The notes beneath the pieces were generated by a model. It saw only the letters and a program-made list of their open reading frames with translations. It had not been told where the DNA came from and ran no database searches. From Auanema rhodensis (lineage: Eukaryota; Animalia; Nematoda): DNA of 64,000 nucleotides. Each line of letters opens with the position of its first letter. Positions within the stretch are counted from its first letter, which is position 1. The stretch is taken from the NCBI GenBank assembly GCA_964057225.1, contig OZ059900.1:18848001-18912000 (forward strand), in the 5' to 3' direction. Shown in pieces: positions 39,656 through 53,554 of the stretch. The position numbers and the translations under genes were made by a program.

Positions 39656-42600
39656 AATTCGTTGCATTTGACGACTCATATGAACAAAAATCGATTTAAT
39701 CAATATTAGCCATAAGGGGCGTGCCCTCAGAATATGCTAATTTCCTTAATTTTCTAACCCCTGTTTTTTTGTCGTGAAAGTGGAACTAGACGTTGTACGA
39801 ACAATTTTGAGCTAGGTTTCATTGACATTGCATGAGTTTGAACACATGAAATCGTAAGTCAAAACCTTGTTTACAGCGAAATTTCCAAAAACTGGTTTTC
39901 CAGCATAATAAAATATTTCTCATGGGAAATACTGTGTTTTTGTATTTTTCTAGTGTTCAGCATGTAAAATGCTTCATTTTAGTATGTAACACGCTGAAAT
40001 TCGTTGCATTTGACGACTCATATGAACAAAAATCGATTTAATCAATATTAGCCATAAGGGGCGTGCCCTCAGAATATGCTAATTTCCTTAATTTTCTAAC
40101 CCCTGTTTTTTTGTCGTGAAAGTGGAACTAGACGTTGTACGAACAATTTTGAGCTAGGTTTCATTGACATTGCATGAGTTTGAACACATGAAATCGTAAG
40201 TCAAAACCTTGTTTACAGCGAAATTTCCAAAAACTGGTTTTCCAGCATAATAAAATATTTCTCATGGGAAATACTGTGTTTTTGTATTTTTCTAGTGTTC
40301 AGCATGTAAAATGCTTCATTTTAGTTTGTAACACGCTGAAATTCGTTGCATTTGACGACTCATATGAACAAAAATCGATTTAATCAATATTAGCCATAAG
40401 GGGCGTGCCCTCAGAATATGCTAATTTCCTTAATTTTCTAACCCCTGTTTTTTTGTCGTGAAAGTGGAACTAGACGTTGTACGAACAATTTTGAGCTAGG
40501 TTACATTGACATTGCATGAGTTTGAACACATGAAATCGTAAGTCAAAACCTTGTTTACAGCGAAATTTCCAAAAACTGGTTTTCCAGCATAATAAAATAT
40601 TTCTCATGGGAAATACTGTGTTTTTGTATTTTTCTAGTGTTCAGCATGTAAAATGCTTCATTTTAGTATGTAACACGCTGAAATTCGTTGCATTTGACGA
40701 CTCATATGAACAAAAATCGATTTAATCAATATTAGCCATAAGGGGCGTGCCCTCAGAATATGCTAATTTCCTTAATTTTCTAACCCTTGTTTTTTTGTCG
40801 TGAAAGTGGAACTAGACGTTGTACAAACAATTTTGAGCTAGGTTTCATTGACATTGCATGAGTTTGAACACATGAAATCGTAAGTCAAAACCTTGTTTAC
40901 AGCGAAATTTCCAAAAACTGGTTTTCCAGCATGATAAAATATTTCTCATGGGAAATACTGTGTTTTTGTATTTTTCTAGTGTTCAGCATTTAAAATGCTT
41001 CATTTTAGTATGTAACACGCTGAAATTCGTTGCATTTGACGACTCATATGAACAAAAATCGATTTAATCAATATTAGCCATAAGGGGCGTGCCCTCAGAA
41101 TATGCTAATTTCCTTAATTTTCTAACCCCTGTTTTTTTGTCGTGAAAGTGGAACTAGACGTTGTACGAACAATTTTGAGCTAGGTTTCATTGACATTGCA
41201 TGAGTTTGAACACATGAAATCGTAAGTCAAAACCTTGTTTACAGGGAAATTTCGAAAAACTGGTTTTCTAGCATAATAAAATATTTCTCATGGGAAATAC
41301 TGTGTTTTTGTATTCTTCTAGTGTTCAGCATGTAAAATGCTTCATTTTAGTGTGTAACACGCTGAAATTCGTTGCATTTGACGACTCATATGAACAAAAA
41401 TCGATTTAATCAATATTAGCCATAAGGGGCGTGCCCTCAGAATATGCTAATTTCCTTAATTTTCTAACCCCTGTTTTTTTGTCGTGAAAGTGGAACTAGA
41501 CGTTGTACGAACAATTTTGAGCTAGGTTACATTGACATTGCATGAGTTTGAACACATGAAATCGTAAGTCAAAACCTTGTTTACAGCGAAATTTCCAAAA
41601 ACTGGTTTTCCAGCATAATAAAATATTTCTCATGGGAAATACTGTGTTTTTGTATTTTTCTAGTGTTCAGCATGTAAAATGCTTCATTTTAGTATGTAAC
41701 ACGCTGAAATTCGTTGCATTTGACGACTCATATGAACAAAAATCGATTTAATCAATATTAGCCATAAGGGGCGTGCCCTCAGAATATGCTAATTTCCTTA
41801 ATTTTCTAACCCTTGTTTTTTTGTCGTGAAAGTGGAACTAGACGTTGTACAAACAATTTTGAGCTAGGTTTCATTGACATTGCATGAGTTTGAACACATG
41901 AAATCGTAAGTCAAAACCTTGTTTACAGCGAAATTTCCAAAAACTGGTTTTCCAGCATGATAAAATATTTCTCATGGGAAATACTGTGTTTTTGTATTTT
42001 TCTAGTGTTCAGCATGTAAAATGCTTCATTTTAGTATGTAACACGCTGAAATTCGTTGCATTTGACGACTCATATGAACAAAAATCGATTTAATCAATAT
42101 TAGCCATAAGGGGCGTGCCCTCAGAATATGCTAATTTCCTTAATTTTTTAACCCCTGTTTTTTTGTCGTGAAAGTGGAACTAGACGTTGTACGAACAATT
42201 TTGAGCTAGGTTTCATTGACATTGCATGAGTTTGAACACATGAAATCGTAAGTCAAAACCTTGTTTACAGCGAAATTTCCAAAAACTGGTTTTCCAGCAT
42301 GATAAAATATTTCTCATGGGAAATACTGTGTTTTTGTATTTTTCTAGTGTTCAGCATGTAAAATGCTTCATTTTAGTATGTAACACGCTGAAATTCGTTG
42401 CATTTGACGACTCATATGAACAAAAATCGATTTAATCAATATTAGCCATAAGGGGCGTGCCCTCAGAATATGCTAATTTCCTTAATTTTCTAACCCCTGT
42501 TTTTTTGTCGTGAAAGTGGAACTAGACGTTGTACGAACAATTTTGAGCTAGGTTTCATTGACATTGCATGAGTTTGAACACATGAAATCGTAAGTCAAAA

Positions 42601-45127
42601 CCTTGTTTACAGCGAAATTTCCAAAAACTGGTTTTCCAGCATAATAAAATATTTCTCATGGGAAATACTGTGTTTTTGTATTTTTCTAGTGTTCAGCATG
42701 TAAAATGCTTCATTTTAGTATGTAACACGCTGAAATTCGTTGCATTTGACGACTCATATGAACAAAAATCGATTTAATCAATATTAGCCATAAGGGGCGT
42801 GCCCTCAGAATATGCTAATTTCCTTAATTTTCTAACCCCTGTTTTTTTGTCGTGAAAGTGGAACTAGACGTTGTACGAACAATTTTGAGCTAGGTTTCAT
42901 TGACATTGCATGAGTTTGAACACATGAAATCGTAAGTCAAAACCTTGTTTACAGCGAAATTTCCAAAAACTGGTTTTCCAGCATAATAAAATATTTCTCA
43001 TGGGAAATACTGTGTTTTTGTATTTTTCTAGTGTTCAGCATGTAAAATGCTTCATTTTAGTTTGTAACACGCTGAAATTCGTTGCATTTGACGACTCATA
43101 TGAACAAAAATCGATTTAATCAATATTAGCCATAAGGGGCGTGCCCTCAGAATATGCTAATTTCCTTAATTTTCTAACCCCTGTTTTTTTGTCGTGAAAG
43201 TGGAACTAGACGTTGTACGAACAATTTTGAGCTAGGTTACATTGACATTGCATGAGTTTGAACACATGAAATCGTAAGTCAAAACCTTGTTTACAGCGAA
43301 ATTTCCAAAAACTGGTTTTCCAGCATAATAAAATATTTCTCATGGGAAATACTGTGTTTTTGTATTTTTCTAGTGTTCAGCATGTAAAATGCTTCATTTT
43401 AGTATGTAACACGCTGAAATTCGTTGCATTTGACGACTCATATGAACAAAAATCGATTTAATCAATATTAGCCATAAGGGGCGTGCCCTCAGAATATGCT
43501 AATTTCCTTAATTTTCTAACCCTTGTTTTTTTGTCGTGAAAGTGGAACTAGACGTTGTACAAACAATTTTGAGCTAGGTTTCATTGACATTGCATGAGTT
43601 TGAACACATGAAATCGTAAGTCAAAACCTTGTTTACAGCGAAATTTCCAAAAACTGGTTTTCCAGCATGATAAAATATTTCTCATGGGAAATACTGTGTT
43701 TTTGTATTTTTCTAGTGTTCAGCATTTAAAATGCTTCATTTTAGTATGTAACACGCTGAAATTCGTTGCATTTGACGACTCATATGAACAAAAATCGATT
43801 TAATCAATATTAGCCATAAGGGGCGTGCCCTCAGAATATGCTAATTTCCTTAATTTTCTAACCCCTGTTTTTTTGTCGTGAAAGTGGAACTAGACGTTGT
43901 ACGAACAATTTTGAGCTAGGTTTCATTGACATTGCATGAGTTTGAACACATGAAATCGTAAGTCAAAACCTTGTTTACAGGGAAATTTCGAAAAACTGGT
44001 TTTCTAGCATAATAAAATATTTCTCATGGGAAATACTGTGTTTTTGTATTCTTCTAGTGTTCAGCATGTAAAATGCTTCATTTTAGTGTGTAACACGCTG
44101 AAATTCGTTGCATTTGACGACTCATATGAACAAAAATCGATTTAATCAATATTAGCCATAAGGGGCGTGCCCTCAGAATATGCTAATTTCCTTAATTTTC
44201 TAACCCCTGTTTTTTTGTCGTGAAAGTGGAACTAGACGTTGTACCAACAATTTTGAGCTAGGTTACATTGACATTGCATGAGTTTGAACACATGAAATCG
44301 TAAGTCAAAACCTTGTTTACAGCGAAATTTCCAAAAACTGGTTTTCCAGCATAATAAAATATTTCTCATGGGAAATACTGTGTTTTTGTATTTTTCTAGT
44401 GTTCAGCATGTAAAATGCTTCATTTTAGTATGTAACACGCTGAAATTCGTTGCATTTGACGACTCATATGAACAAAAATCGATTTAATCAATATTAGCCA
44501 TAAGGGGCGTGCCCTCAGAATATGCTAATTTCCTTAATTTTCTAACCCTTGTTTTTTTGTCGTGAAAGTGGAACTAGACGTTGTACAAACAATTTTGAGC
44601 TAGGTTTCATTGACATTGCATGAGTTTGAACACATGAAATCGTAAGTCAAAACCTTGTTTACAGCGAAATTTCCAAAAACTGGTTTTCCAGCATGATAAA
44701 ATATTTCTCATGGGAAATACTGTGTTTTTGTATTTTTCTAGTGTTCAGCATGTAAAATGCTTCATTTTAGTATGTAACACGCTGAAATTCGTTGCATTTG
44801 ACGACTCATATGAACAAAAATCGATTTAATCAATATTAGCCATAAGGGGCGTGCCCTCAGAATATGCTAATTTCCTTAATTTTTTAACCCCTGTTTTTTT
44901 GTCGTGAAAGTGGAACTAGACGTTGTACGAACAATTTTGAGCTAGGTTTCATTGACATTGCATGAGTTTGAACACATGAAATCGTAAGTCAAAACCTTGT
45001 TTACAGCGAAATTTCCAAAAACTGGTTTTCCAGCATGATAAAATATTTCTCATGGGAAATACTGTGTTTTTGTATTTTTCTAGTGTTCAGCATGTAAAAT
45101 GCTTCATTTTAGTATGTAACACGCTGA
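39656..45127 (+). repeat. 8-monomer (2736 bp) tandem duplication
   Basis: CATTTAAAA 40990/43726, multi-substituted monomer starting at 41024/43760, TTTTTAACC 42148/44884. Confidence 0.87.
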
Positions 45128-48100
45128 AATTCGTTGCATTTGACGACTCATATGAACAAAAATCGATTTAATCAATATTAGCCATAAGGGGCGTGCCCTC
45201 AGAATATGCTAATTTCCTTAATTTTCTAACCCCTGTTTTTTTGTCGTGAAAGTGGAACTAGACGTTGTACGAACAATTTTGAGCTAGGTTTCATTGACAT
45301 TGCATGAGTTTGAACACATGAAATCGTAAGTCAAAACCTTGTTTACAGCGAAATTTCCAAAAACTGGTTTTCCAGCATGATAAAATATTTCTCATGGGAA
45401 ATACTGTGTTTTTGTATTTTTCTAGTGTTCAGCATGTAAAATGCTTCATTTTAGTATGTAACACGCTGAAATTCGTTGCATTTGACGACTCATATGAACA
45501 AAAATCGATTTAATCAATATTAGCCATAAGGGGCGTGCCCTCAGAATATGCTAATTTCCTTAATTTTCTAACCCTTGTTTTTTTGTCGTGAAAGTGGAAC
45601 TAGACGTTGTACAAACAATTTTGAGCTAGGTTTCATTGACATTGCATGAGTTTGAACACATGAAATCGTAAGTCAAAACCTTGTTTACAGCGAAATTTCC
45701 AAAAACTGGTTTTCCAGCATGATAAAATATTTCTCATGGGAAATACTGTGTTTTTGTATTTTTCTAGTGTTCAGCATGTAAAATGCTTCATTTTAGTATG
45801 TAACACGCTGAAATTCGTTGCATTTGACGACTCATATGAACAAAAATCGATTTAATCAATATTAGCCATAAGGGGCGTGCCCTCAGAATATGCTAATTTC
45901 CTTAATTTTTTAACCCCTGTTTTTTTGTCGTGAAAGTGGAACTAGACGTTGTACGAACAATTTTGAGCTAGGTTTCATTGACATTGCATGAGTTTGAACA
46001 CATGAAATCGTAAGTCAAAACCTTGTTTACAGCGAAATTTCCAAAAACTGGTTTTCCAGCATGATAAAATATTTCTCATGGGAAATACTGTGTTTTTGTA
46101 TTTTTCTAGTGTTCAGCATGTAAAATGCTTCATTTTAGTATGTAACACGCTGAAATTCGTTGCATTTGACGACTCATATGAACAAAAATCGATTTAATCA
46201 ATATTAGCCATAAGGGGCGTGCCCTCAGAATATGCTAATTTCCTTAATTTTCTAACCCCTGTTTTTTTGTCGTGAAAGTGGAACTAGACGTTGTACGAAC
46301 AATTTTGAGCTAGGTTTCATTGACATTGCATGAGTTTGAACACATGAAATCGTAAGTCAAAACCTTGTTTACAGCGAAATTTCCAAAAACTGGTTTTCCA
46401 GCATGATAAAATATTTCTCATGGGAAATACTGTGTTTTTGTATTTTTCTAGTGTTCAGCATGTAAAATGCTTCATTTTAGTATGTAACACGCTGAAATTC
46501 GTTGCATTTGACGACTCATATGAACAAAAATCGATTTAATCAATATTAGCCATAAGGGGCGTGCCCTCAGAATATGCTAATTTCCTTAATTTTCTAACCC
46601 CTGTTTTTTTGTCGTGAAAGTGGAACTAGACGTTGTACGAACAATTTTGAGCTAGGTTTCATTGACATTGCATGAGTTTGAACACATGAAATCGTAAGTC
46701 AAAACCTTGTTTACAGCGAAATTTCCAAAAACTGGTTTTCCAGCATAATAAAATATTTCTCATGGGAAATACTGTGTTTTTGTATTTTTCTAGTGTTCAG
46801 CATGTAAAATGCTTCATTTTAGTATGTAACACGCTGAAATTCGTTGCATTTGACGACTCATATGAACAAAAATCGATTTAATCAATATTAGCCATAAGGG
46901 GCGTGCCCTCAGAATATGCTAATTTCCTTAATTTTCTAACCCCTGTTTTTTTGTCGTGAAAGTGGAACTAGACGTTGTACGAACAATTTTGAGCTAGGTT
47001 TCATTGACATTGCATGAGTTTGAACACATGAAATCGTAAGTCAAAACCTTGTTTACAGCGAAATTTCCAAAAACTGGTTTTCCAGCATAATAAAATATTT
47101 CTCATGGGAAATACTGTGTTTTTGTATTTTTCTAGTGTTCAGCATGTAAAATGCTTCATTTTAGTATGTAACACGCTGAAATTCGTTGCATTTGACGACT
47201 CATATGAACAAAAATCGATTTAATCAATATTAGCCATAAGGGGCGTGCCCTCAGAATATGCTAATTTCCTTAATTTTCTAACCCTTGTTTTTTTGTCGTG
47301 AAAGTGGAACTAGACGTTGTACAAACAATTTTGAGCTAGGTTTCATTGACATTGCATGAGTTTGAACACATGAAATCGTAAGTCAAAACCTTGTTTACAG
47401 CGAAATTTCCAAAAACTGGTTTTCCAGCATGATAAAATATTTCTCATGGGAAATACTGTGTTTTTGTATTTTTCTAGTGTTCAGCATGTAAAATGCTTCA
47501 TTTTAGTATGTAACACGCTGAAATTCGTTGCATTTGACGACTCATATGAACAAAAATCGATTTAATCAATATTAGCCATAAGGGGCGTGCCCTCAGAATA
47601 TGCTAATTTCCTTAATTTTTTAACCCCTGTTTTTTTGTCGTGAAAGTGGAACTAGACGTTGTACGAACAATTTTGAGCTAGGTTTCATTGACATTGCATG
47701 AGTTTGAACACATGAAATCGTAAGTCAAAACCTTGTTTACAGCGAAATTTCCAAAAACTGGTTTTCCAGCATGATAAAATATTTCTCATGGGAAATACTG
47801 TGTTTTTGTATTTTTCTAGTGTTCAGCATGTAAAATGCTTCATTTTAGTATGTAACACGCTGAAATTCGTTGCATTTGACGACTCATATGAACAAAAATC
47901 GATTTAATCAATATTAGCCATAAGGGGCGTGCCCTCAGAATATGCTAATTTCCTTAATTTTCTAACCCCTGTTTTTTTGTCGTGAAAGTGGAACTAGACG
48001 TTGTACGAACAATTTTGAGCTAGGTTTCATTGACATTGCATGAGTTTGAACACATGAAATCGTAAGTCAAAACCTTGTTTACAGCGAAATTTCCAAAAAC

Positions 48101-51100
48101 TGGTTTTCCAGCATGATAAAATATTTCTCATGGGAAATACTGTGTTTTTGTATTTTTCTAGTGTTCAGCATGTAAAATGCTTCATTTTAGTATGTAACAC
48201 GCTGAAATTCGTTGCATTTGACGACTCATATGAACAAAAATCGATTTAATCAATATTAGCCATAAGGGGCGTGCCCTCAGAATATGCTAATTTCCTTAAT
48301 TTTCTAACCCCTGTTTTTTTGTCGTGAAAGTGGAACTAGACGTTGTACGAACAATTTTGAGCTAGGTTTCATTGACATTGCATGAGTTTGAACACATGAA
48401 ATCGTAAGTCAAAACCTTGTTTACAGCGAAATTTCCAAAAACTGGTTTTCCAGCATAATAAAATATTTCTCATGGGAAATACTGTGTTTTTGTATTTTTC
48501 TAGTGTTCAGCATGTAAAATGCTTCATTTTAGTATGTAACACGCTGAAATTCGTTGCATTTGACGACTCATATGAACAAAAATCGATTTAATCAATATTA
48601 GCCATAAGGGGCGTGCCCTCAGAATATGCTAATTTCCTTAATTTTCTAACCCCTGTTTTTTTGTCGTGAAAGTGGAACTAGACGTTGTACGAACAATTTT
48701 GAGCTAGGTTTCATTGACATTGCATGAGTTTGAACACATGAAATCGTAAGTCAAAACCTTGTTTACAGCGAAATTTCCAAAAACTGGTTTTCCAGCATAA
48801 TAAAATATTTCTCATGGGAAATACTGTGTTTTTGTATTTTTCTAGTGTTCAGCATGTAAAATGCTTCATTTTAGTTTGTAACACGCTGAAATTCGTTGCA
48901 TTTGACGACTCATATGAACAAAAATCGATTTAATCAATATTAGCCATAAGGGGCGTGCCCTCAGAATATGCTAATTTCCTTAATTTTCTAACCCCTGTTT
49001 TTTTGTCGTGAAAGTGGAACTAGACGTTGTACGAACAATTTTGAGCTAGGTTACATTGACATTGCATGAGTTTGAACACATGAAATCGTAAGTCAAAACC
49101 TTGTTTACAGCGAAATTTCCAAAAACTGGTTTTCCAGCATAATAAAATATTTCTCATGGGAAATACTGTGTTTTTGTATTTTTCTAGTGTTCAGCATGTA
49201 AAATGCTTCATTTTAGTATGTAACACGCTGAAATTCGTTGCATTTGACGACTCATATGAACAAAAATCGATTTAATCAATATTAGCCATAAGGGGCGTGC
49301 CCTCAGAATATGCTAATTTCCTTAATTTTCTAACCCTTGTTTTTTTGTCGTGAAAGTGGAACTAGACGTTGTACAAACAATTTTGAGCTAGGTTTCATTG
49401 ACATTGCATGAGTTTGAACACATGAAATCGTAAGTCAAAACCTTGTTTACAGCGAAATTTCCAAAAACTGGTTTTCCAGCATGATAAAATATTTCTCATG
49501 GGAAATACTGTGTTTTTGTATTTTTCTAGTGTTCAGCATGTAAAATGCTTCATTTTAGTATGTAACACGCTGAAATTCGTTGCATTTGACGACTCATATG
49601 AACAAAAATCGATTTAATCAATATTAGCCATAAGGGGCGTGCCCTCAGAATATGCTAATTTCCTTAATTTTTTAACCCCTGTTTTTTTGTCGTGAAAGTG
49701 GAACTAGACGTTGTACGAACAATTTTGAGCTAGGTTTCATTGACATTGCATGAGTTTGAACACATGAAATCGTAAGTCAAAACCTTGTTTACAGCGAAAT
49801 TTCCAAAAACTGGTTTTCCAGCATGATAAAATATTTCTCATGGGAAATACTGTGTTTTTGTATTTTTCTAGTGTTCAGCATGTAAAATGCTTCATTTTAG
49901 TATGTAACACGCTGAAATTCGTTGCATTTGACGACTCATATGAACAAAAATCGATTTAATCAATATTAGCCATAAGGGGCGTGCCCTCAGAATATGCTAA
50001 TTTCCTTAATTTTCTAACCCCTGTTTTTTTGTCGTGAAAGTGGAACTAGACGTTGTACGAACAATTTTGAGCTAGGTTTCATTGACATTGCATGAGTTTG
50101 AACACATGAAATCGTAAGTCAAAACCTTGTTTACAGCGAAATTTCCAAAAACTGGTTTTCCAGCATGATAAAATATTTCTCATGGGAAATACTGTGTTTT
50201 TGTATTTTTCTAGTGTTCAGCATGTAAAATGCTTCATTTTAGTATGTAACACGCTGAAATTCGTTGCATTTGACGACTCATATGAACAAAAATCGATTTA
50301 ATCAATATTAGCCATAAGGGGCGTGCCCTCAGAATATGCTAATTTCCTTAATTTTTTAACCCCTGTTTTTTTGTCGTGAAAGTGGAACTAGACGTTGTAC
50401 GAACAATTTTGAGCTAGGTTTCATTGACATTGCATGAGTTTGAACACATGAAATCGTAAGTCAAAACCTTGTTTACAGCGAAATTTCCAAAAACTGGTTT
50501 TCCAGCATGATAAAATATTTCTCATGGGAAATACTGTGTTTTTGTATTTTTCTAGTGTTCAGCATGTAAAATGCTTCATTTTAGTATGTAACACGCTGAA
50601 ATTCGTTGCATTTGACGACTCATATGAACAAAAATCGATTTAATCAATATTAGCCATAAGGGGCGTGCCCTCAGAATATGCTAATTTCCTTAATTTTCTA
50701 ACCCTTGTTTTTTTGTCGTGAAAGTGGAACTAGACGTTGTACGAACAATTTTGAGCTAGGTTTCATTGACATTGCATGAGTTTGAACACATGAAATCGTA
50801 AGTCAAAACCTTGTTTACAGCGAAATTTCCAAAAACTGGTTTTCCAGCATGATAAAATATTTCTCATGGGAAATACTGTGTTTTTGTATTTTTCTAGTGT
50901 TCAGCATGTAAAATGCTTCATTTTAGTATGTAACACGCTGAAATTCGTTGCATTTGACGACTCATATGAACAAAAATCGATTTAATCAATATTAGCCATA
51001 AGGGGCGTGCCCTCAGAATATGCTAATTTCCTTAATTTTCTAACCCCTGTTTTTTTGTCGTGAAAGTGGAACTAGACGTTGTACGAACAATTTTGAGCTA

Positions 51101-53554
51101 GGTTTCATTGACATTGCATGAGTTTGAACACATGAAATCGTAAGTCAAAACCTTGTTTACAGCGAAATTTCCAAAAACTGGTTTTCCAGCATAATAAAAT
51201 ATTTCTCATGGGAAATACTGTGTTTTTGTATTTTTCTAGTGTTCAGCATGTAAAATGCTTCATTTTAGTATGTAACACGCTGAAATTCGTTGCATTTGAC
51301 GACTCATATGAACAAAAATCGATTTAATCAATATTAGCCATAAGGGGCGTGCCCTCAGAATATGCTAATTTCCTTAATTTTCTAACCCCTGTTTTTTTGT
51401 CGTGAAAGTGGAACTAGACGTTGTACGAACAATTTTGAGCTAGGTTTCATTGACATTGCATGAGTTTGAACACATGAAATCGTAAGTCAAAACCTTGTTT
51501 ACAGCGAAATTTCCAAAAACTGGTTTTCCAGCATAATAAAATATTTCTCATGGGAAATACTGTGTTTTTGTATTTTTCTAGTGTTCAGCATGTAAAATGC
51601 TTCATTTTAGTTTGTAACACGCTGAAATTCGTTGCATTTGACGACTCATATGAACAAAAATCGATTTAATCAATATTAGCCATAAGGGGCGTGCCCTCAG
51701 AATATGCTAATTTCCTTAATTTTCTAACCCCTGTTTTTTTGTCGTGAAAGTGGAACTAGACGTTGTACGAACAATTTTGAGCTAGGTTACATTGACATTG
51801 CATGAGTTTGAACACATGAAATCGTAAGTCAAAACCTTGTTTACAGCGAAATTTCCAAAAACTGGTTTTCCAGCATAATAAAATATTTCTCATGGGAAAT
51901 ACTGTGTTTTTGTATTTTTCTAGTGTTCAGCATGTAAAATGCTTCATTTTAGTATGTAACACGCTGAAATTCGTTGCATTTGACGACTCATATGAACAAA
52001 AATCGATTTAATCAATATTAGCCATAAGGGGCGTGCCCTCAGAATATGCTAATTTCCTTAATTTTCTAACCCTTGTTTTTTTGTCGTGAAAGTGGAACTA
52101 GACGTTGTACAAACAATTTTGAGCTAGGTTTCATTGACATTGCATGAGTTTGAACACATGAAATCGTAAGTCAAAACCTTGTTTACAGCGAAATTTCCAA
52201 AAACTGGTTTTCCAGCATGATAAAATATTTCTCATGGGAAATACTGTGTTTTTGTATTTTTCTAGTGTTCAGCATTTAAAATGCTTCATTTTAGTATGTA
52301 ACACGCTGAAATTCGTTGCATTTGACGACTCATATGAACAAAAATCGATTTAATCAATATTAGCCATAAGGGGCGTGCCCTCAGAATATGCTAATTTCCT
52401 TAATTTTCTAACCCCTGTTTTTTTGTCGTGAAAGTGGAACTAGACGTTGTACGAACAATTTTGAGCTAGGTTTCATTGACATTGCATGAGTTTGAACACA
52501 TGAAATCGTAAGTCAAAACCTTGTTTACAGGGAAATTTAGAAAAACTGGTTTTCTAGCATAATAAAATATTTCTCATGGGAAATACTGTGTTTTTGTATT
52601 CTTCTAGTGTTCAGCATGTAAAATGCTTCATTTTAGTGTGTAACACGCTGAAATTCGTTGCATTTGACGACTCATATGAACAAAAATCGATTTAATCAAT
52701 ATTAGCCATAAGGGGCGTGCCCTCAGAATATGCTAATTTCCTTAATTTTCTAACCCCTGTTTTTTTGTCGTGAAAGTGGAACTAGACGTTGTACGAACAA
52801 TTTTGAGCTAGGTTTCATTGACATTGCATGAGTTTGAACACATGAAATCGTAAGTTAAAACCTTGTTTACAGCGAAATTTCCAAAAACTGGTTTTCCAGC
52901 ATAATAAAATATTTCTCATGGGAAATACTGTGTTTTTGTATTTTTCTAGTGTTCAGCATGTAAAATGCTTCATTTTAGTTTGTAACACGCTGAAATTCGT
53001 TGCATTTGACGACTCATATGAACAAAAATCGATTTAATCAATATTAGCCATAAGGGGCGTGCCCTCAGAATATGCTAATTTCCTTAATTTTCTAACCCCT
53101 GTTTTTTTGTCGTGAAAGTGGAACTAGACGTTGTACGAACAATTTTGAGCTAGGTTACATTGACATTGCATGAGTTTGAACACATGAAATCGTAAGTCAA
53201 AACCTTGTTTACAGCGAAATTTCCAAAAACTGGTTTTCCACCATAATAAAATATTTCTCATGGGAAATACTGTGTTTTTGTATTTTTCTAGTGTTCAGCA
53301 TGTAAAATGCTTCATTTTAGTATGTAACACGCTGAAATTCGTTGCATTTGACGACTCATATGAACAAAAATCGATTTAATCAATATTAGCCATAAGGGGC
53401 GTGCCCTCAGAATATGCTAATTTCCTTAATTTTCTAACCCTTGTTTTTTTGTCGTGAAAGTGGAACTAGACGTTGTACAAACAATTTTGAGCTAGGTTTC
53501 ATTGACATTGCATGAGTTTGAACACATGAAATCGTAAGTCAAAACCTTGTTTAC

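Larger units (their letters stand above)
10338..53554 (+). repeat. Homogeneous head-to-tail core in exact 342-bp register
   Basis: Monomer position 95 is at 10338 and position 126 is at 53461. The phase difference is 43092 = 126x342 exactly, and I saw only substitutions. Confidence 0.93.
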
